Part shown: positions 58,600-64,000 of the stretch, in pieces
Layout: every line of letters begins with the position of its first letter
How positions within the stretch are numbered: position 1 is the first letter of the stretch
Assembly (NCBI RefSeq): GCF_036321535.1
Contig: NC_087436.1
Span: 111,662,001 to 111,726,000, forward strand
DNA length: 64,000 nucleotides
Direction: 5' to 3'
Source: Camelus dromedarius
Taxonomy: Eukaryota
Notes under the pieces: generated by a model
What the model was told of the DNA's origin: nothing
Databases searched by the model: none
What the model saw: the letters and a program-made list of their open reading frames with translations, nothing else
Program-made: the position numbers and the translations under genes

Positions 58600-59700
58600 A
58601 CATTCAAATCTGTTCCTTGTCTCCATCAGCAGCATCACTGCTGTAGTTTCAGTCCCCATGATCTCTTTCTTGGACCACTCTGGTCTCCCAACCCAGAGTC
58701 CCGTGCCTCCCCTCCCTTGTCTTAGCTCATCCTCTACTCCATTGCTTGAGCGATCTTCCGGGAAGCACAGCACAACCCATGAATAATGCCCTGCAAATAC
58801 TGTCATGTCACGCCTGTGACGCCCATATTTAACTCTACATCACAGTGTTCCTCACACCTCTATCATTTGCCTCCCCACGTTATGATTTTTTTTTCTGTAT
58901 TTTTGTATCATCTTCACAATGCTTTCCTTAATATTGTCTTTAAGTTCACTAACTCTCTTTTTTTTAAATAATTGACCCTTGTCCTGAACAGTAATCTTCA
59001 TTAAATTTCTATTTGCATGTGCTCAGGTTTTTTTGTTGTTGTTGTTGCTGTTGTTTGTTTGCTCAGTTTATTTTCATTAAGCATGAAGGAAAATTAGAAT
59101 AAGTAAATAAATGATTTTAAAACTGTTTCTAAAGTGATCTGGTGTCATGTGCTCTTCTTTGGGAACATTGGCTGTCAGGATTAAATCCAAACATAACATG
59201 GCATCAGATACTTCTTCATCTGGCCCCAGCTCACCTTTCTGGCCTTGTCCCTCTCTCGTTGATTCTGCCGATTCCCTGAGTTCTTCACACGTACACTCGT
59301 GCCTTTGCATATGCTGTTCCTCTGTGTGGAATGACATCCTTCTACTTCCTTCTCTCTCTTTTTTAAATTTAATTTTTCTTAATGGAAGTACTGGGATCAA
59401 AACCAGGACCTCATGCATGCTAAGAATGTGCTCTGCCACTGAGCTATACCATGCACCTCACTTCCTTCTTTACTGGACAAACCATCCTTATCCTCCAATA
59501 CTCACCCCCTTGGTGAAAACTCTGCTAATTATTATTCCTTCCAACAGTTGATCTAACTGTGAGCTGGACTATTATACTGTATCTGTGGGTAACTTTGCCC
59601 ACTTTCTGCCTCATTTCAACCATGAGCTCCCACCAGGTATGGGACATTCTGACTCATACCCATGTCCCAGTGCCGAGCACAGGGACCCCCTTGGAGAAGA
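58600..59700 (+). mobile_element. Fragmented L2 hosting a SINE
   Basis: gtcaggattaaatccaaac...ctggccccagctcacc...gcctttgcatatgctgttcc...gtgagctccc. Confidence 0.55.
59359..59452 (-). mobile_element. Camelid tRNA-Ala(AGC)-derived SINE
   Basis: aatggaagtactgggatcaaaaccaggacctcatgcatgctaagaatgtgctctgccactgagctatacc; candidate TSD acttccttct at 59344-59353 and 59460-59469. Confidence 0.9.
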
Positions 59701-61086
59701 TTTGCTATCCTTGTTACAATCATATTCACTCACACCTGTTCCATTCCTCCTTTGCCAATAGCAACGGAGATCATTTTACTTTTAAGAACTGCAGTAGAAG
59801 GTATTTGCAGAAGGTCCATAGCTCATTTCATAGGAACTATGTCCACCCACAGAACCACCAACTGTGTGATCTAAAAAGCAGTGCTTCTTGCTTTTTTTTT
59901 TTTTGTCAGTTATAGTAGAGAATTATGACAAAACGCTCATCCATGCAGTGCTGTATCAGGGAGAAACACAAGGTTGTTATCTACAGTTTCCTCAGTTGTA
60001 ATTGTAACTCCATCCCATTCTCTTTCACTCAAGACAGCAAATTCCAAGTGTCAGAGTGAGTGATGTTACCCACGATATAAAGTTGAATTCACTCTAATTC
60101 ATTATTTAAAAAGAGAATCCTTTGCAATTTAAAAAATTAGATTTTAGTTAAAGAAAAATCACACATGAAACATCTCACAACTGAGTCAGATTTCCCCTTC
60201 TAAAATAAAAATGCTAAAAAAAACCAGGCATTATATCTGTTTTTTCTCTTCTTTAAATTTCACAAGTGCATACGCAGTGCCTGGGCACAGTGCCTTAAAC
60301 ATAGTGGATGCATAGAATATATTTTAAAGAAATTATTGGGCCTACTTATTCCTGATTGTGTGAGTGGAGTAGTTAACTGTGTGTGTGTATGGCAGGGAGG
60401 GTGATATTACAAGGTAAGAACACACGAGCACAAAACTTAATCTGTAGTCTGATTAGGTCACTTACAGTTATGCACTGCTGCATTTCACTGGGTATCGATG
60501 CTAAATCAGGTCTTTGTCCCTCTGAATTTTCACCATCAATAAACCATAACAAAATACCTTTTCTTTTGTGAGGCAGTATGTCGTGATAATATTATATATG
60601 ACATTATATCCTGTTAGTACAGATGATCCCTGTAATAGGGGTCTGTACAACTGCTATCTTTGAGTGAGTGGGGCAAATTCTGGCTGTATTGTGTGGGATT
60701 CTTTTTTACTTGTCTACATGAATGTAATGAACATGAGTGGCTTTAAGAATCTTTTTTTCTTTCCAAGGTAGAAAGTTTCCCCTTCCTCCTTTTACAAAAG
60801 GGAAGGCTCTTCATCCTGGAGTATTTGGGGCCCACTATTCTAAACATTCCTCCTTCTTTGTCTGTTGCTCCTGTCCCTTCTCTGAACGCTCTTGAACCCT
60901 CCTTCACCCCAAGAATCCTGATGCTTCAGTTATCCCCTCATTTCTCTCAGCTTCAGCCCCAAACTCCTCTTTTTCTCCCCAACCACATAGCTGATGGCAA
61001 TGTCTGACTAGAGGAGGCTTTGAGACACCATCATGAGAAGGAAAGATGAGTTAAATACTGTGATCTTTTTGCCATGAGATGATGTG

Positions 61087-61231
61087 TTTTTATTTATTTA
61101 TATTTTTAGTGGAGGGAGGGAGGTAATTAGGCCTATTTATTTATTTACTTTTAGAGGAGGTGCTGGGGATTGAACCCAGGACCTTGTGCATGCTAAGCAT
61201 GCCCTCTACCACTTGAGCTACACCCTCCCCC
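61087..61231 (-). mobile_element. Full-length camelid tRNA-Ala(AGC)-derived SINE with bipartite tail
   Basis: Reverse complement GGGGAGGGTGTAGCTCAAGTGGTAGAGGGCATGCTTAGCATGCACAAGGTCCTGGGTTCAATCCCCAGCACCTCC; intact A and B boxes; 14-bp TSD with 2 mismatches (61077-61090 / 61232-61245). Confidence 0.95.
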
Positions 61232-62199
61232 AGATGATATGCTTTTAACTGTGAGATGCCTAAATTAAAGAGTGGGGGAAGCCTGCTCTGAGCTCCTCAC
61301 CTCTCTTTTTCTGCCATTTTCCTTCTCCTTAAATTATTTACCGATGTCATAGGCTGTCCCAAGCCCCTGACAATTACAGGTATGCTGCAGTATTTGCCAT
61401 ACTTAATGATGGAAAGAGAGCTGAGGCAGAAACATGAAAGATTCCTGTTCTGTAATAGCCAGGAGAGTCCTAGAAGTGTAGGCCAGGTATAAAGTCCAAG
61501 GCAGTTACAATTGTCCAAGGGCAACCCCCCAGAGAAGACTGCAGGTGTGAGCTGGGAGCATCAGTGCTGTCAGTGGTTGGGGGATGGGCATACCCAACCA
61601 CTGGATCTGGTGAGGCACCAAAAGCATCTGCTACAAGAGTGGTCCTTGCCTTCCACATACTTACCCAATACAATTTGGAAAATACTAGTAAATTTAATAG
61701 AAATAATTCAGACACATTTTTTAAAGAATGCTTAATAGCAATATTTTGTGGGAATACAAAGGAAGGAAAGAAATGGAGAAGGAGGGACTAAAATTTTGAA
61801 TAAACCTATGCGCAAGATCCTGGGGCATATGTGTCAACAAAATGTCATGTTTATTTGATTCTTGTGCTCTTTCTAGGATATCTCTGTGTCTCTTATTTCT
61901 ATTACATTTATGTATCTGTTCTAAGAAAGGTAGACTTTGATTGGAAAAGTTTTGATGAACATGTTGAGTTGGACCTTCAAGAATAAGAAAGAATTTGATA
62001 TGAAAAAAAAGGGGGTTAAAAAAAAGTAGACAGTTAGTGTAAGAAACTACTAGGGGAAATTACTGGCATCTGGGTGAAAGCAGAATTGAGGCAGAAAAAT
62101 CCAGGACAAGAAGCATGGGGTGACTGGATTGAATCTTTAGTAAGTGATCTTGAAATGCCAACTGTGAAGCAAAGTTAAATTTTCTTTCTTTATTAAAAA

Positions 62200-63420
62200 A
62201 AAAAAAAACAATAATTTCTCTTTTGATGTGTGTTCCCAGTGTGCATAAAACTGGGTTGATTATAATGTTTGGTTTGTGTCACACTATCATCCTTGGTCCA
62301 TGCATGGACCATGGTTATTTATTTATTCTTTTACTTTTGTATGTTATTGCTCTAGTTCCCTTTCCTCACCCTGATTTGCACCTCCCAAGTATACCATGAT
62401 ATTAGGTTATCCAAATAATATATCGATATAGTTCATTAATTTTCACTGCTGTATGAAAGTGTGTTTTGTGAATATGTTAGATAAATTCATCTGTTTTCTT
62501 GGCAATGAACTTTCGAAACATTTCCAACTTTTTGCCATTTTGAATAGTATTACTAAAAAACATTCATACACACATCTCCTGGTACACAAGTAAAAAAAGT
62601 ATCTCTTGGGTATATGGCAAGAAGGGAAATTGCTGATTGGTGGAGTATGCAAATGTCATCTTTAAAAGAGAATGCCGAATTACTTTCTAAAGTTGTTATA
62701 CTAGTTTTTATTCTTAACAGCTATGTGCAGGAGTTCCCTTTGATCTAGTTCTCCAAAATATGGCATTGTTCAAACTTTTAAATTTTTGTTTATTACAAAT
62801 TTGTCCCCCAAATTAATTGTTTGTTAATTTGGTATAAAATGATATTTTTATCTTGATTTGTGTTTTCTCAATTACCATGAAGGCTGAACATCTCTTTGTA
62901 CTATTTTTAGCCAGTTATATTTCTCCTTCTATTTCATCACTATTCATACTTTTTAAGTCAGTTTTTCATTCGGGCATTTTGTCTTTTTATTATGCACCTA
63001 TGAGCTCTTGAAATATTCTTTATTCTAGTCATTTGTCAGTTAATTATATTGCAAATTGTATACTTTCATTTGATAATTCGTTATTTTACATTCTTTAAGT
63101 TATCTGATAGATGACTAAAAACATCTTAAGTTTCTTTCCAAATTTTCTACAATAAATATACATTTGTTTTAAAATTTTAAAAAAATTTTTAAAAAAGTCC
63201 TCGGTGAAGGATTTAATATAGATTTCATTTAAAAAATCCATTTGCACATATGTGTGTTTATTTGGAGGAACATATACAAAAAATTTAATATCTATTATAT
63301 AAACTAAGATTATAGATATTAAATATCTTCATGTTTGTATTTTTAATATCAGCAATGAATAGTTACTTTCTAAAAATCAATAAAGAGATTGCTGAAATTT
63401 CAGAAAAGTTTAAAATATAA
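62200..63420 (-). mobile_element. Decayed L1ME 3' region
   Basis: tttccaactttttgccattttgaatagt, gggaaattgctgattggtggagtatgc, tttcctaattac-like segment, gtcagttaattatattgcaaatt. Confidence 0.7.
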
Positions 63421-64000
63421 CAAAGAAAGAAAAAAGAATGCTTTCTGTACCAAAAATAATATGATTCCAACATATACACAAAGGGAAATAAACTACATCT
63501 GAAGTTTTATGAGGTGGCGCCATGGGCCATTCATTTCAAATCTAAAGCATGCAAACTGCCTTACGATCTTAAAATATATAGCTCCAGAAAAACTTTTAAA
63601 ATAACAATTATTATCATGAATTAGAGTTACCGTTATTGAGTCAAAGAAGCCAAAGTTCAATACTGGGACTTTGTGATGGAAGCCAATATAAGTAGATCTC
63701 CCATTTCCTGGGCCTTCCTGCAACAAGGCTGAGTAGAACTCTCTCCAGGGCCAGAACACACAGCTTTTTATAGGCCACAGCTAGGAAGTTCATTACTAAA
63801 TATGTATTAAAGAAGTAAATGGACAGCAATAGGCTTTGAATGTCTATCTCACCACTTTTAAGTATGGTATGGAAATCTATGAGGCTGATTATAATTCTTA
63901 AATCACACTTCATGGTATTGAAACAAATGCAGAAAAATGGAAATGTACTGAATTCATCATTTATAGAACTTTAAATAGTTGCCCTCATTGATTTTGTTGC

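Noticed and set aside
61155-61231. tRNA-Ala(AGC) gene
   Set aside because: It has the extra 5' GGGGA, a SINE tail and a TSD, so it is a tRNA-derived SINE; the same applies to the copies at 38866 and 59359.
1-64000. CRISPR array, operon, rRNA, numt, endogenous viral gene or miRNA/snRNA gene
   Set aside because: No regularly spaced repeat-spacer array, no long ORFs, no gag/pol/env or mitochondrial-like sequence, and no mature miRNA, snRNA or 7SL sequence that I could recognise; LTRs appear only as solo elements.

Overview
Mammalian genomic DNA, most likely a camelid (alpaca/llama/camel), inferred from three tRNA-Ala(AGC)-derived SINEs of the camelid type plus artiodactyl-like L1 3' ends. The window looks intronic or intergenic. 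I recognise no protein-coding gene, and the supplied ORFs are short and mostly lie in repeats or cross N gaps. By eye, roughly half the window is old interspersed repeat (MIR, L2, L3/CR1, L1M, MaLR/ERVL/ERV1 solo LTRs, hAT MITEs), with repeat-poor blocks in between and three short assembly gaps. I found no evidence of a new multi-gene system. The best leads are a 149-bp CpG-dense promoter-like island (9433-9581) with a plausible spliced + strand transcript and 29-aa smORF, an orphan poly(A)/TSD insertion at 51.3 kb, a 14-bp perfect inverted repeat pairing two OTX/CRX-type sites at 25.5 kb, and a 104-bp-period tandem duplication at 41.3 kb. Repeat family names come from remembered consensus sequences and repeat boundaries are approximate; exon and motif calls are unvalidated hypotheses.
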